From positions 89,600 to 153,599 of the forward strand of contig JAZDHZ010000033.1 of NCBI GenBank assembly GCA_043805415.1: a stretch of DNA of 64,000 nt, given 5' to 3'. Source of the stretch: Candidatus Omnitrophota bacterium (GTDB taxonomy: Bacteria > Omnitrophota > Gorgyraeia > B26-G9). The notes under the pieces were generated by a model. It made no database searches, was not told where the DNA came from, and saw only the letters and a list, made by a program, of their open reading frames with translations. The position numbers were made by a program, and so were the translations under genes. Positions within the stretch are counted from its first letter, which is position 1. The number at the start of each line of letters is the position of its first letter. Positions 1-9,380 of this stretch are shown piece after piece.

Positions 1-116
1 AAAAATGGCGGTTTAAAAAAAATAGAGTTGATCCAAATATAAAAGACATTGATTTCGCGAGCAGGTTTTTTTTATTTGCTTTTTTTGCGTTTATTATTTT
101 TTCATTTCCGCCATAT

Positions 117-1460
117 TTGAGTCTGGGTAAGATATTTATTCCTTTTCCCTCATTTTTCCTGTATAAGAGTTTTTCGATGTTTCGCAACTATGCCAGAATC
201 GGGATTTTCGTTTTAATCTCAATGTGTGTTCTTGCTGGATACGGACTAGCTTATTTTATTGAGAATTTCTCCGGCAAAAAGAAACTTGGTGTTATCATTT
301 TATTGGGGAGTTTGATTTGTTTTGAATTTTTACCTTATCCGCCACAAAAAGTTGTTGACGCGACAACAGTAGCTCCTGTTTATGCGTGGTTGTCTAAACA
401 GCAAGGAGATTTTATTGTGGTTGAATATCCTATAGACGCAGATGAAAGGCCGTATTTATTTTCACAGCGCTATCATAAAAAGCGATTGATAAACGGAATA
501 ATTCCTGGAACCAAGGCTGCGGCTGTACGGAAAAAGATTATTGACATTAACGCGGAAAAAACCGCAGGCATCTTAGGATTTCTTGGTGCTAAATATCTGG
601 TGATGCATGAAGATAAATACACTAATTATGAGGGAGGTGTAATCCTCGGGCAAATCCCTGATCTTAGAGCAAACAGGGGATATGTGCTGGTAAAGGATTT
701 TGGGAATGAGAAGATTTATGAGATAACCGCGAAAGCAGTTGATCCGGAAAATGTAGTTGAAAATAATAATAATAATCAATCATCCCCGGATCGTAGCCTA
801 GAAGATAATAATTTTGGGTTTACGGTTGGCGATAAGTTTTCTTATTCAATTAAATATCTGGGGCTTGTTCCGTTATTAGATGTTTATGTGGAAGTAAAAA
901 AGGCGCGGGGTGAAAAAAATTTAGTGATTGAAGCTGATGCCAAAGCAAAAGGTATTATTGCGAAATTTATGGATATTGATATCAAATTGAAATCAATGAT
1001 CAATAAAGATGCTACTATCCCACTGGCTTACACCCAGAGTATAAGGATGCGTAAGGATACCAAACTAAAGGATGTTGTGTTTGACCGTGAGCAGTTGGTT
1101 ATGCTTAGGGGAGATAGGAAGGTATCGATTAATAAGTATACCCAGGATCCGCTTTCAGCGATCTTTTATATCGCGGCCTTTGATTTTAATCATGTGCGTA
1201 AGTTTGATGTTTTTATCAATCCGGGTAAGACAAATTATAAGCTGCGTGCAGAGGTTGTAGGAAAAACACAAAAAAAAGCTTTTAAGAGAAAAATGGATTG
1301 TTGGGAAATTAAGGGAGAATATTTTAGCTTAAAAGGTAAGCAGGAAAAGATAGCATCAGTTAAAATGTGGTTTCTAAATGACAAGGCAAAACCTTTAGTG
1401 CGTATGGAGGTTTTAACAAAAGCAGGGTTTATTACTGTTGAGAAGAATACTGAAAATTAA
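117..1460 (+). CDS. hypothetical membrane-anchored protein; N-terminal hydrophobic segments followed by a soluble domain (DUF3108-like impression). The ORF may continue upstream of the window.
   Basis: Long ORF from the track. The N-terminus has two predicted TM helices (IGIFVLISMCVLAGYGLAYFI, LGVIILLGSLICFEF). No recognisable catalytic motif. Sits next to sugar-modifying genes. Confidence 0.35.
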   Translation: MSLGKIFIPFPSFFLYKSFSMFRNYARIGIFVLISMCVLAGYGLAYFIENFSGKKKLGVIILLGSLICFEFLPYPPQKVVDATTVAPVYAWLSKQQGDFIVVEYPIDADERPYLFSQRYHKKRLINGIIPGTKAAAVRKKIIDINAEKTAGILGFLGAKYLVMHEDKYTNYEGGVILGQIPDLRANRGYVLVKDFGNEKIYEITAKAVDPENVVENNNNNQSSPDRSLEDNNFGFTVGDKFSYSIKYLGLVPLLDVYVEVKKARGEKNLVIEADAKAKGIIAKFMDIDIKLKSMINKDATIPLAYTQSIRMRKDTKLKDVVFDREQLVMLRGDRKVSINKYTQDPLSAIFYIAAFDFNHVRKFDVFINPGKTNYKLRAEVVGKTQKKAFKRKMDCWEIKGEYFSLKGKQEKIASVKMWFLNDKAKPLVRMEVLTKAGFITVEKNTEN

Positions 1461-1474
1461 ATAGGGAGTGAAGA

Positions 1475-2509
1475 ATGAAAATTCTAATAACCGGCGGAGC
1501 CGGACTGGTTGGATCGCATTGCGCCGAGTTTTACGCGCGGAAAAAAGCTAAAGTTATTGTGCTGGATAATTTAATGCGCTCGGAATTATTTAAATCAAAA
1601 AAACAAAGTGTGGAGTATAATTGGAATTATCTGGCTAAGTATAAAAATATCACAAGAATCAAAGGTGATGTGCGCAATGAACAAGATGTAAAAAAAGCAA
1701 TCGGTACAGGGGTTGACGCGGTGATTCATACTGCCGGCCAGCCGGGTGTGCCGTCTTCGGTGCGTATGCCCAGAGAAGATTTCAGTATTAATGCTTATGG
1801 GACTTTAAATGTGCTGGAATGTTTGCGCAAGAAAAGCCCAAAAGCGGCATTTGTCTATTGTTCTACAAATAAAGTCTATGGGGAAAATGTTGACAAAATT
1901 TTATTAAAGAAATTAAAAACCCGATATATTTATAAAAATATTAAAGGGGTTGATGAAACAACCTTGACTGATCTGACCGGGCATACGCCTTATGGAGTAA
2001 GTAAACTGGTCGGAGATTTGTATACCCAGGAATACGCGCATATTTATGGCATGAAGACAGCGGTTTTTAGAATGAGCTGTATCTATGGCCAGCGTCAATT
2101 TGGGTTTGAGGATCAGGGCTGGGTAGCCTGGTTTATTATTGCCAGCTTGCTGGGTAAACAAGTTACTATATTTGGTGACGGCAAACAAGTCAGAGACTTA
2201 TTATATGCTGAGGATCTGGTGCGGGCTTATGATTGCTTTATCCAAGGCAAGCAGTCGCATGCTTTGGTTAATATCGGAGGCGGAGGTAAAAACACTATAT
2301 CATTACTTGAATTTGTTAGCAAAATCAAAAACATTACTGGCAAAGAGTTAAAAGTTAAATTCGCTGATTGGCGGCCTTCGGATCAGAAAGTTTATATCAG
2401 CGATATCAGTAAAGTAAAAAAAATGCTTGGCTGGCAGCCTGAGATAAGTGTTGAGCAAGGGCTGTTAAAATTAGGGCAATGGGTAAAACAGAATATAAAG
2501 ATATTTTAG
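1475..2509 (+). CDS. NAD-dependent epimerase/dehydratase family protein (CDP-paratose 2-epimerase / UDP-sugar 4-epimerase-like)
   Basis: N-terminal Rossmann motif ILITGGAGLVGSH. The YxxxK-type SDR fold pattern (YGVSK) is present. Length about 340 aa is typical. Confidence 0.8.
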   Translation: MKILITGGAGLVGSHCAEFYARKKAKVIVLDNLMRSELFKSKKQSVEYNWNYLAKYKNITRIKGDVRNEQDVKKAIGTGVDAVIHTAGQPGVPSSVRMPREDFSINAYGTLNVLECLRKKSPKAAFVYCSTNKVYGENVDKILLKKLKTRYIYKNIKGVDETTLTDLTGHTPYGVSKLVGDLYTQEYAHIYGMKTAVFRMSCIYGQRQFGFEDQGWVAWFIIASLLGKQVTIFGDGKQVRDLLYAEDLVRAYDCFIQGKQSHALVNIGGGGKNTISLLEFVSKIKNITGKELKVKFADWRPSDQKVYISDISKVKKMLGWQPEISVEQGLLKLGQWVKQNIKIF

Positions 2510-2556
2510 ATTGTTGTGCAGTCAAAAACATATCTTTTAGCTAAGCCCTGAACAGC
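2491..2556 (+). repeat. Copy 1 of a ~60-bp intergenic repeat (aatataaagatatttta...cagtcaaaaacatatcttttagctaagccctgaacag) that spans the stop codon of the epimerase gene
   Basis: Near-identical to the sequence at 3336-3398. Both copies supply the last codons and stop codon of the upstream gene. Confidence 0.7.
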
Positions 2557-2571
2557 TTCGAAGGAGAGGCA

Positions 2572-3345
2572 ATGAATACCAAACCAGTGGATTCGCAGCA
2601 TTATAGTAAAGATTACTATTATAATGATAATGACGGACATAAAGAATTTGAACAAGGTTTAGATTTTGCGATGCATGGGAAATTTAAAAGATTCTTTGAT
2701 ATTGTCAATCCTGTTAAAGGCCAAAAAATTCTTGATATCGGCTGCGGAAGAGGCGAAATAGCTTATTATTCAGCGCAAAGAGGATGTGAGGTTTATTCAG
2801 TTGATTATAGCAGCGCGGCTGTGGAAATCGCTAAAAAGACATTAGAAAAGCTGTCCGCGGAAAAAAAGAATCTGGTAAAAGTTGAGTGTCTGGATATTAT
2901 CGAAGCGGAAATAAAAGAAAAATTTGATATTGTAGCATTAATTGATGTTTTGGAGCATCTTACTCCCAGACAAGCAGAAAAGTTATTTATGAATTTCAAG
3001 GATTTAGTAACTGATAAAAGTAAGGTTTTTATTAGTACGCCAAATGGTTTTTATGAGCAATATCTGTATATTTTTAAACATATGATACAATATCCCTGGA
3101 AACCATTTAAAATTCTTTGGCGGCTTTCCTGGGGGAAGTTTAAACCAAAAGGGTTTAAAGAGTTCTTTAAAAAAGCATTTAGCCTGCTTCCGGAAAGTTC
3201 AGAGAATATAGAGCTTATGCATGTGAATGTAATGACTCCTCTAGCAATAAAAAAACTTTTAAAGAAAAATGGATTTAAGGTAAAATTTTATCAGGGGAAT
3301 AATTTCATTGATAAAGAAATTGTGGTAGTGGGCAAGAGAATATAA
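2572..3345 (+). CDS. class I SAM-dependent methyltransferase
   Basis: Motif I ILDIGCGRGE and post-I acidic residue (VYSVDYS), i.e. a Rossmann MTase fold. RBS GAAGGAGAGG lies upstream. Confidence 0.75.
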   Translation: MNTKPVDSQHYSKDYYYNDNDGHKEFEQGLDFAMHGKFKRFFDIVNPVKGQKILDIGCGRGEIAYYSAQRGCEVYSVDYSSAAVEIAKKTLEKLSAEKKNLVKVECLDIIEAEIKEKFDIVALIDVLEHLTPRQAEKLFMNFKDLVTDKSKVFISTPNGFYEQYLYIFKHMIQYPWKPFKILWRLSWGKFKPKGFKEFFKKAFSLLPESSENIELMHVNVMTPLAIKKLLKKNGFKVKFYQGNNFIDKEIVVVGKRI

Positions 3346-3420
3346 AGATATTTTAAAAACAGTCAAAAACATAGCTTTTAGCTAAGCCCTGGACAACGTA
3401 GTGTTGCCCAGGGTTCGCGT
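3336..3420 (+). repeat. Copy 2 of the ~60-bp intergenic repeat, followed by an inverted repeat (ccctggacaac/gttgcccaggg) that looks like a terminator hairpin
   Basis: Direct sequence identity with 2491-2556. The palindrome at about 3388-3414 is followed by a T-rich stretch. Confidence 0.65.
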
Positions 3421-3529
3421 TTTTGATGGAAAACAGAGTTTAGGTTGTGATTATTTATTGACAAAATATATATTATCTGATAATTTATATTTACCAGATG
3501 TTTATTATTAAATAATCCAGGAGGGTATT

Positions 3530-4774
3530 ATGATTTATCATCGGTTAATAACCAATAAAATAGTTGCGCGTTTATCAGATCCTGATATTCTTATCTTAGT
3601 TGGGGCGAGACAAGTGGGAAAAACAACGATATTAAGGCAGATAAAAGAGTCTTTATCTTCTAAAGGAGAACAGACAGAATTTATTAATCTTGAAGATTTA
3701 GAATATGTGAAATTATTAGATGAAAGCCCTAAAAATCTATTCAAAATAATAGCTTTGCCGGAGAAAAAGAAGATTTTTGTTTTTGTTGATGAAATCCAAT
3801 ATCTTAAAAATCCAACTAATTTCCTGAAATATATTTATGATGAGTTTAAGGATAAAGTTAAGCTTATTGTCTCGGGATCGTCAGCGTTTTATATTGATGA
3901 AAAATTTAAAGATTCACTTGCGGGAAGAAAAATTATATTTCCCGTCCATACTCTCAGTTTGCCGGAAATGCTTATTTTTCAGGGGCATGAGGATTTAGCC
4001 GAAAAAACAGCGTTTAAAATAAGGTCTAAGAATATATTCTTGGAGGATTTTCCGCTTAAGGAAAAAGAAAAGGTTACTGCTTGTATCAACAGTCTTCTTA
4101 TCTTTGGAGGGTATCCTCGGGTTGTTTTAGAAAAAGATGTTTCCAGGAAAAGGGAGATAATAGAAGAAATAGCTTTATCTTATATAAAAAAAGATGTGCT
4201 GGAAGCAAATATTAAGAGAACTAATAAGTTTTATGAACTTTTTAAACTGCTAAGTTCTCAAGTAGGAAGCTTGCTTAATGTTAATGAACTTTCTAATACA
4301 CTTAATATATCTCAGACTTCCTTAAATAATTATTTGCATGTAATGAGAAAGTCGTTTCATATTGTTCTTATTCGGCCGTTTTATAAGAATTTGAGGAAAG
4401 AATTAACTAAAATGCCCAAGCTATATTTTATGGATTTGGGATTGAAGAATTTTTTTCTTAAAGATTTTACCCCGCTTGCCTTGCGTGAAAATCCTGGGTT
4501 TTTATACGAAAATTTTATATTTAAGCAATTCGCGGAATTGTTTTCCCTTGACGATATAAAATTTTGGAGGACACAAACTGGTAACGAAACAGATTTTATT
4601 TTAGAAAATAAAACAGCTTGTGAAGTAAAATATAATATTAATAATTTTTCAGTGGCAAAGTATAAAATGTTTTTGAATAGTTATGATGATTTTACTCTAA
4701 ATGTAATATATCATACAGGGATAGTTAAAGATAATGTCCTTAAAGATAAGCGGTTCAATTTTATAAGACTGTAA
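3530..4774 (+). CDS. AAA+ superfamily ATPase (AAA_14 / DUF4143 type, COG1373-like)
   Basis: Walker A ILILVGARQVGKTT and Walker B-like FVFVDEIQY. The C-terminal region is typical of DUF4143 ATPases. Confidence 0.7.
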   Translation: MIYHRLITNKIVARLSDPDILILVGARQVGKTTILRQIKESLSSKGEQTEFINLEDLEYVKLLDESPKNLFKIIALPEKKKIFVFVDEIQYLKNPTNFLKYIYDEFKDKVKLIVSGSSAFYIDEKFKDSLAGRKIIFPVHTLSLPEMLIFQGHEDLAEKTAFKIRSKNIFLEDFPLKEKEKVTACINSLLIFGGYPRVVLEKDVSRKREIIEEIALSYIKKDVLEANIKRTNKFYELFKLLSSQVGSLLNVNELSNTLNISQTSLNNYLHVMRKSFHIVLIRPFYKNLRKELTKMPKLYFMDLGLKNFFLKDFTPLALRENPGFLYENFIFKQFAELFSLDDIKFWRTQTGNETDFILENKTACEVKYNINNFSVAKYKMFLNSYDDFTLNVIYHTGIVKDNVLKDKRFNFIRL

Positions 4775-4857
4775 ATCATGATAAGCCATCTGAAATAATG
4801 CCAAAGATTTTAGCTGAATTGATAATAACTGAATATTGAAATGCATAGGGTGAATAA

Positions 4858-6507
4858 ATGAAAGTTGCTTTATTACAGCTGAATATGACTGTAGGGGATA
4901 TTTCCGGTAATAGCGCGAAGATCATCAGCGCGGTTAATCATGCCAGTGCTGATAATGTCGATCTGTGCGTTAGTTCGGAATTGGCGCTTTTGGGTTATCC
5001 GCCGCGGGATCTGCTGTTTAATCATGCTTTTATTGCCCAAGCGCAAGCCGCGCTTAAAGACATTGCTTTAAAATTAAAAGATAGCCCGGCACTTATTTTA
5101 GGCACTGTCGAGCCGGTCGCGCGGGCCGGAGCAGGTAAGCCCTTGTATAATTGCGCTGTGCTTGTTCATAAGGGTAGTGTGCAGCAATCATTTCACAAGA
5201 GTCTTTTACCGACATATGATGTGTTTGATGAAGAACGTTATTTTGAGCCGGCGCTGACTCCGGGGATGTTTGAATTCAATGGGATTAAGATCGGCGTGAC
5301 GATCTGCGAAGATGTGTGGAATGATATTGATTTTAATACCAGCCGGCGCTATAAAACTGATCCTTTGCAGCTTTTGGCTAAAAACAACGCGCAATGCATA
5401 ATTAATCTTTCTGCTTCGCCGTTTTCTTTGGGCAAACAAAAATTAAGAGAAAAGTTGCTGGCTAATATTGCTAAAAAATATCAGATTGATTTGGTTTACG
5501 TTAATCAGGTCGGAGGTAATGATGATCTGGTTTTTGACGGGCGCAGTTGTGTGTTTGATAAACAAGGCGATTTGATTGCCAAGGCCAAGGCTTTCGCGGA
5601 AGATATATTGATTTGTGATATTAAGTCAAACGCGGAAAAAATTAAAAACCATGAATGTTTGCCTGAGGCTGAAGCCTGGAAAGCCTTGGTATTGGGCACG
5701 CACGATTATGTTGAGAAATGCGGATTTAAAAAAGTACTGTTGGGCTTATCCGGGGGAATTGATTCGGCGCTGACCGCGGTGATCGCGGTTGAAGCTTTGG
5801 GTGCGGATAATGTTCTGGGCGTATTATTGCCGTCGCCTTATTCAAGCAAAGGCAGTATTGATGATTCCTTAAAACTTGCCGTTAATCTGGGGATTAAAAC
5901 AATCACAATCGCGATTAAGGATATTATGCAGGCATATGCTAATGGTTTAAAACAGTCCTTTACTGATTTTGAGCCGGGATTGACGGAAGAAAATATCCAG
6001 GCAAGAATCCGCGGCAATATTTTGATGGCTTTGTCTAATAAATACAATTCCATGCTTTTGACAACCGGCAATAAATCTGAATTGGCTGTGGGTTATTGTA
6101 CGATTTATGGAGATATGTCCGGAGGGTTTGCGGTGATATCTGATGTGCCGAAAACTTTAGTTTATCGGATCGCGAACTATGTAAATAAAATAAAAGGAAC
6201 TGAGACAATTCCTCAAGTTATTATTGATAAAGCGCCGAGTGCTGAATTGCGGCCCAACCAGTTAGATCAGGATAGTTTGCCGGAATATGATGTCTTGGAC
6301 GCGATTTTATTCCTCTGTATTGAACAGCATAAATCAGCGCAAGAAATAATAGACGAGGGATTTGATGCTGAGGTGGTTAAAAGAGTTTTGAATCTTTTGT
6401 ATAAGGCGGAGTTTAAGCGTAAGCAGGCTGCTCCGGGGGTGAAAATAACGGACCGGGCTTTTGGCATTGGCTGGCGCATGCCGATTGCGTACAAGCGAAA
6501 TTTCTAA
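4858..6507 (+). CDS. nadE: glutamine-dependent NAD+ synthetase (N-terminal CN-hydrolase/nitrilase domain + C-terminal NAD synthetase domain)
   Basis: Nitrilase-fold N-terminus (MKVALLQLN, catalytic CEDVWN region). PP-loop ATP pyrophosphatase motif GLSGGIDSA. Length about 550 aa. Confidence 0.9.
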   Translation: MKVALLQLNMTVGDISGNSAKIISAVNHASADNVDLCVSSELALLGYPPRDLLFNHAFIAQAQAALKDIALKLKDSPALILGTVEPVARAGAGKPLYNCAVLVHKGSVQQSFHKSLLPTYDVFDEERYFEPALTPGMFEFNGIKIGVTICEDVWNDIDFNTSRRYKTDPLQLLAKNNAQCIINLSASPFSLGKQKLREKLLANIAKKYQIDLVYVNQVGGNDDLVFDGRSCVFDKQGDLIAKAKAFAEDILICDIKSNAEKIKNHECLPEAEAWKALVLGTHDYVEKCGFKKVLLGLSGGIDSALTAVIAVEALGADNVLGVLLPSPYSSKGSIDDSLKLAVNLGIKTITIAIKDIMQAYANGLKQSFTDFEPGLTEENIQARIRGNILMALSNKYNSMLLTTGNKSELAVGYCTIYGDMSGGFAVISDVPKTLVYRIANYVNKIKGTETIPQVIIDKAPSAELRPNQLDQDSLPEYDVLDAILFLCIEQHKSAQEIIDEGFDAEVVKRVLNLLYKAEFKRKQAAPGVKITDRAFGIGWRMPIAYKRNF

Positions 6508-6640
6508 AAGGACACCAGGACACCAGGTCACAAGGACGCAAGAGCAGTTATGAATTACGAATGATGAGTTACGAGTTAAAAGCAGGAAAAGCAAAGAACT
6601 AAAACAGTTCATAAAGTCAAAGATAAAGATGTTTAGAAGG
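6508..6640 (+). repeat. Composite intergenic repeat element, copy A: GACACCAG octamer repeats followed by the AGCAGTTATGAATTAC...GAGTTACGAGTTAAAAGCA...AAACAGTTCATAAAG module
   Basis: The same module recurs at 8131-8175 and 16773-16850. Every copy sits immediately 3' of a + strand gene. Confidence 0.7.
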
Positions 6641-6688
6641 GCAAAAAGGAATTTGGTGTTAGTAACGGGAAAGGAAAGGTTTTAAATC

Positions 6689-8110
6689 ATGAAGAAAGTG
6701 GTTTTTTATATCATGGCGGGCGGTGAGGGAATGAGACTTTGGCCTTTGAGCCGGGCCAGTTTTCCTAAACAGCTGCATCATTTATTAGGAGACAGTTCTT
6801 TATTGCAGCAGTCGATTGAACGGGTTTTAAAAATCAGTGATCCGAAAAATATCATGATCGGCACAAGAGATGATTTGTATTTTTCCATACAAGACCAGTG
6901 GAAAAAAATGAACTTAAAATGTGAGCCCTGGCTTTTGCTGGAACCAATGAGCCGCAATACCGCGCCAGCCATTGCTCTGGCCTGTCACGCGGCCCGTGAG
7001 CGTTTTGGCGAAGATGTGATTATTGTGACTTTAGCTTCGGATCACGCGATCAAAGATGAAAAACGGTTTCATCAGCTGCTTAAAACCGGGATAAAAATAG
7101 CGGAACAGGGCAATATAGTTACTTTTGGCATAGTCCCCACATATCCGGAGACGGGATATGGTTATATTAATGTGGGTAAGCAGATTGAAAAAGATGTTTT
7201 TCAGGTAGCGGCATTTAAAGAAAAACCCAGCATTGACATTGCTAAAAAATATCTTAAAACCAAAAAATATCTTTGGAATAGCGGAATGTTTGTGTTTGAT
7301 ACAAAAGTTATTGCTGATAATATGGAAAAATTCGCTCCGGATGTCTGGAAGGTGAGTAAGAAAGTATGGGACAAACGAATTGAAAATAAAGACAAAATCG
7401 GATTTGATAAAAAACAATTTGAAAGTTTTCCCTCGATTTCAATTGATTTCGCGGTTATGGAAAAAGCGCCAAAGCGGGCAGTGATCAAAGCGGATTTTCA
7501 ATGGTGTGATGTGGGCTGCTGGCATATGCTGCATCAGATATCTAAAAAAGATAAAGATAATAATGTTTTATCCGGAGATATATCTACTGTGGATACGTAT
7601 AATTCGTTTATTAAAAGCGAAAAAAGATTTGTGGCCACAGTGGGAATAAATAATCTGGTGGTTATTGATACCCCGGATGCTCTGCTTATTTCTGATAAAG
7701 ATCGTTCGCAGGATGTAAAGACAATTGTCAGCAGGCTAAATGAGAAACAGTCATCTCTGACCAAATTTCATACAACAGTTTACCGTCCCTGGGGTAAGTA
7801 TACGGTACTGGAGGAAGGCCCATTTTATAAAATTAAAAGAGTAGTGGTTAATCCTAAACAGCAGCTATCTTTACAAAAACATTTAAAACGCAGTGAGCAT
7901 TGGGTGGTAGTCTCAGGCACAGCCAGAATAATTTGCGGGGATAATTCAATTCTGCTTAAAGCAAATGAAAGTGTGTTTATTGCTAAAGGCCGCAAACATA
8001 GAATTACTAATCCCTATTCTAAGCCGGTTACAATTATCGAAGTTCAGACAGGCGGATATTTGGAAGAAGATGATATTATCCGGTTTGAGGATAAGTATGA
8101 AAGAAAATAA
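6689..8110 (+). CDS. manC: bifunctional mannose-1-phosphate guanylyltransferase / mannose-6-phosphate isomerase (ManC/CpsB/XanB family)
   Basis: N-terminal nucleotidyltransferase motif IMAGGEGMRLWPLSR. C-terminal cupin (type II PMI) domain with HxH...E pattern (QKHLKRSEHWVVVSGTARI). Length about 470 aa. Confidence 0.85.
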   Translation: MKKVVFYIMAGGEGMRLWPLSRASFPKQLHHLLGDSSLLQQSIERVLKISDPKNIMIGTRDDLYFSIQDQWKKMNLKCEPWLLLEPMSRNTAPAIALACHAARERFGEDVIIVTLASDHAIKDEKRFHQLLKTGIKIAEQGNIVTFGIVPTYPETGYGYINVGKQIEKDVFQVAAFKEKPSIDIAKKYLKTKKYLWNSGMFVFDTKVIADNMEKFAPDVWKVSKKVWDKRIENKDKIGFDKKQFESFPSISIDFAVMEKAPKRAVIKADFQWCDVGCWHMLHQISKKDKDNNVLSGDISTVDTYNSFIKSEKRFVATVGINNLVVIDTPDALLISDKDRSQDVKTIVSRLNEKQSSLTKFHTTVYRPWGKYTVLEEGPFYKIKRVVVNPKQQLSLQKHLKRSEHWVVVSGTARIICGDNSILLKANESVFIAKGRKHRITNPYSKPVTIIEVQTGGYLEEDDIIRFEDKYERK

Positions 8111-8130
8111 TTTAGCGTAAAGCGTTTAGG

Positions 8131-8245
8131 AAAAGCAGTTATGAATTATGAGTTATGAGTGATGAGTTAAAAAATAAAAGGAATTAGCTATTGACCATTG
8201 ATTTGGTGATACGCGATACGCACGACGCAATCCAGAAAATAAAAA
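8131..8245 (+). repeat. Composite intergenic repeat element, copy B (AGCAGTTATGAATTATGAGTTATGAGTGATGAGTTAAAA + GATACGCGATACGCACGACGCAATCCAGAAAA module)
   Basis: Sequence identity to copies at 6543-6622 and 16773-16960. Confidence 0.7.
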
Positions 8246-8754
8246 TTGGCATATTTTTATTAAATAGGGTATAATTATTATGTAATATGAGTACAACTAA
8301 ATTTCCAAAATGCGATTTATGTTGTAACCATAATTAGAAAAAGGCAAACCTCACGTGAGTGGGGGGCGTCCCAAGAGTCGGATGGATTAAGTAAGACAAA
8401 GGGACCTTGAAAAAAAAGAACGCTATAATATATAAAATATTTTTCAAGGCAAAGCTACGGGTCTAAAAGGGAAAATTGTAAATGGATTTTATTTGTTTTC
8501 AAGTTAGATAGCCGGGCTACCGAAAAATGGTGAACAATATTCCAACCGAACTATCTGGGACAGATGGATCGGTTTTATTTTATATAGGGTTTGAAAATGC
8601 AGAAGGCAATTAATATCTGCAGAAAGGAGGCGCAACTGATAAAATAAACCTGCTGATTTTAGGTTTGTGGGGTCAGAAGCAGTCCTATAATCAGTCAAAC
8701 TGGGAATAAACAACATGGATAAAATTTTAGAGCGAAATTCTTGGGGAAGAATTA

Positions 8755-8790
8755 GCTTGACAGGAAAACATTGTTTTGATAAATATATAT
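8755..8790 (+). promoter_or_regulatory. Putative sigma70-type promoter (TTGACA-N17-TAAATA) upstream of the orphan pilin gene
   Basis: A TTGACA hexamer sits about 55 nt upstream of the pilin ATG with a 17-nt spacer to a TA-rich -10 element. The GGAGG RBS follows. Confidence 0.35.
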
Positions 8791-8810
8791 ATATAACTGG
8801 AGGAAATAAA

Positions 8811-9224
8811 ATGAATAGAAAAGGTTTTACACTTGTTGAACTTTTGATGGTAGTTATCATCATTGGTATATTGGTAACGTTGGCTGTTCCAAGTTATTAT
8901 AAGTCAATTGAAAGAGCAAAAGGCGGTAAAGCAAAATCATCTTTACGTACTATCACTAATGCTCAAATACAGTATAGAGCGCTTAATGATACATATGTTA
9001 ATGGTGCTGATTTAACTTTATTAGCTGATGTTGATTTGCCTGCGGAATTACAGGATGGAGCTACTGGAGATGGAGATTGGACATATGCATGTACTTCTAC
9101 TGATATCACTGCGGATGTTCTTACTACAGCTACAAGAAATCTTGGGCCTTATGCTGGTGATACTGTAACAATGGATCAAGATGGCTTCTATATTAATGTT
9201 GATGCCCATCAAGAATGGAACTAA
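8811..9224 (+). CDS. pilA: type IV pilin / prepilin-type N-terminal cleavage-methylation domain protein (candidate major pilin); start refined to the internal Met after a GGAGG RBS
   Basis: Class III signal peptide: MNRKG|FTLVELLMVVIIIGILVTLAVPSY (G-F cleavage site, Glu at +5, hydrophobic alpha1 helix). The track ORF 8715-9224 has an unlikely 5' extension. Confidence 0.8.
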   Translation: MNRKGFTLVELLMVVIIIGILVTLAVPSYYKSIERAKGGKAKSSLRTITNAQIQYRALNDTYVNGADLTLLADVDLPAELQDGATGDGDWTYACTSTDITADVLTTATRNLGPYAGDTVTMDQDGFYINVDAHQEWN

Positions 9225-9260
9225 GAATTATCTAGTATGACAGAGAAAGTTATTTAAAGA

Positions 9261-9322
9261 TGATGCCACTGATTTATTCGTTTAAAGATTTATTAAATGA
9301 ATAAATCAGTGGTTTTTTTAAA
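9261..9322 (+). terminator. Rho-independent terminator after the pilin gene
   Basis: Perfect 14-bp inverted repeat ccactgatttattc ... gaataaatcagtgg followed by tttttttt. Confidence 0.75.
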
Positions 9323-9380
9323 CTTATCGAAAGTGTTTGTTTAGTTAGGGGTTTAACGAATTAATTGAGGAGGCGAAATA

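Noticed and set aside
8240-8262. Possible sigma54 promoter (TGGCAT...) upstream of the pilin
   Set aside because: A GG element is present (ttggcatatttttatt), but no properly spaced TTGC -12 element was found. A sigma70-like site nearer the gene fits better.
8504-8863. 119-aa minus-strand ORF in the pilin leader region
   Set aside because: It overlaps the pilin start and promoter. It has no RBS and an odd composition. It is more likely non-coding leader sequence.
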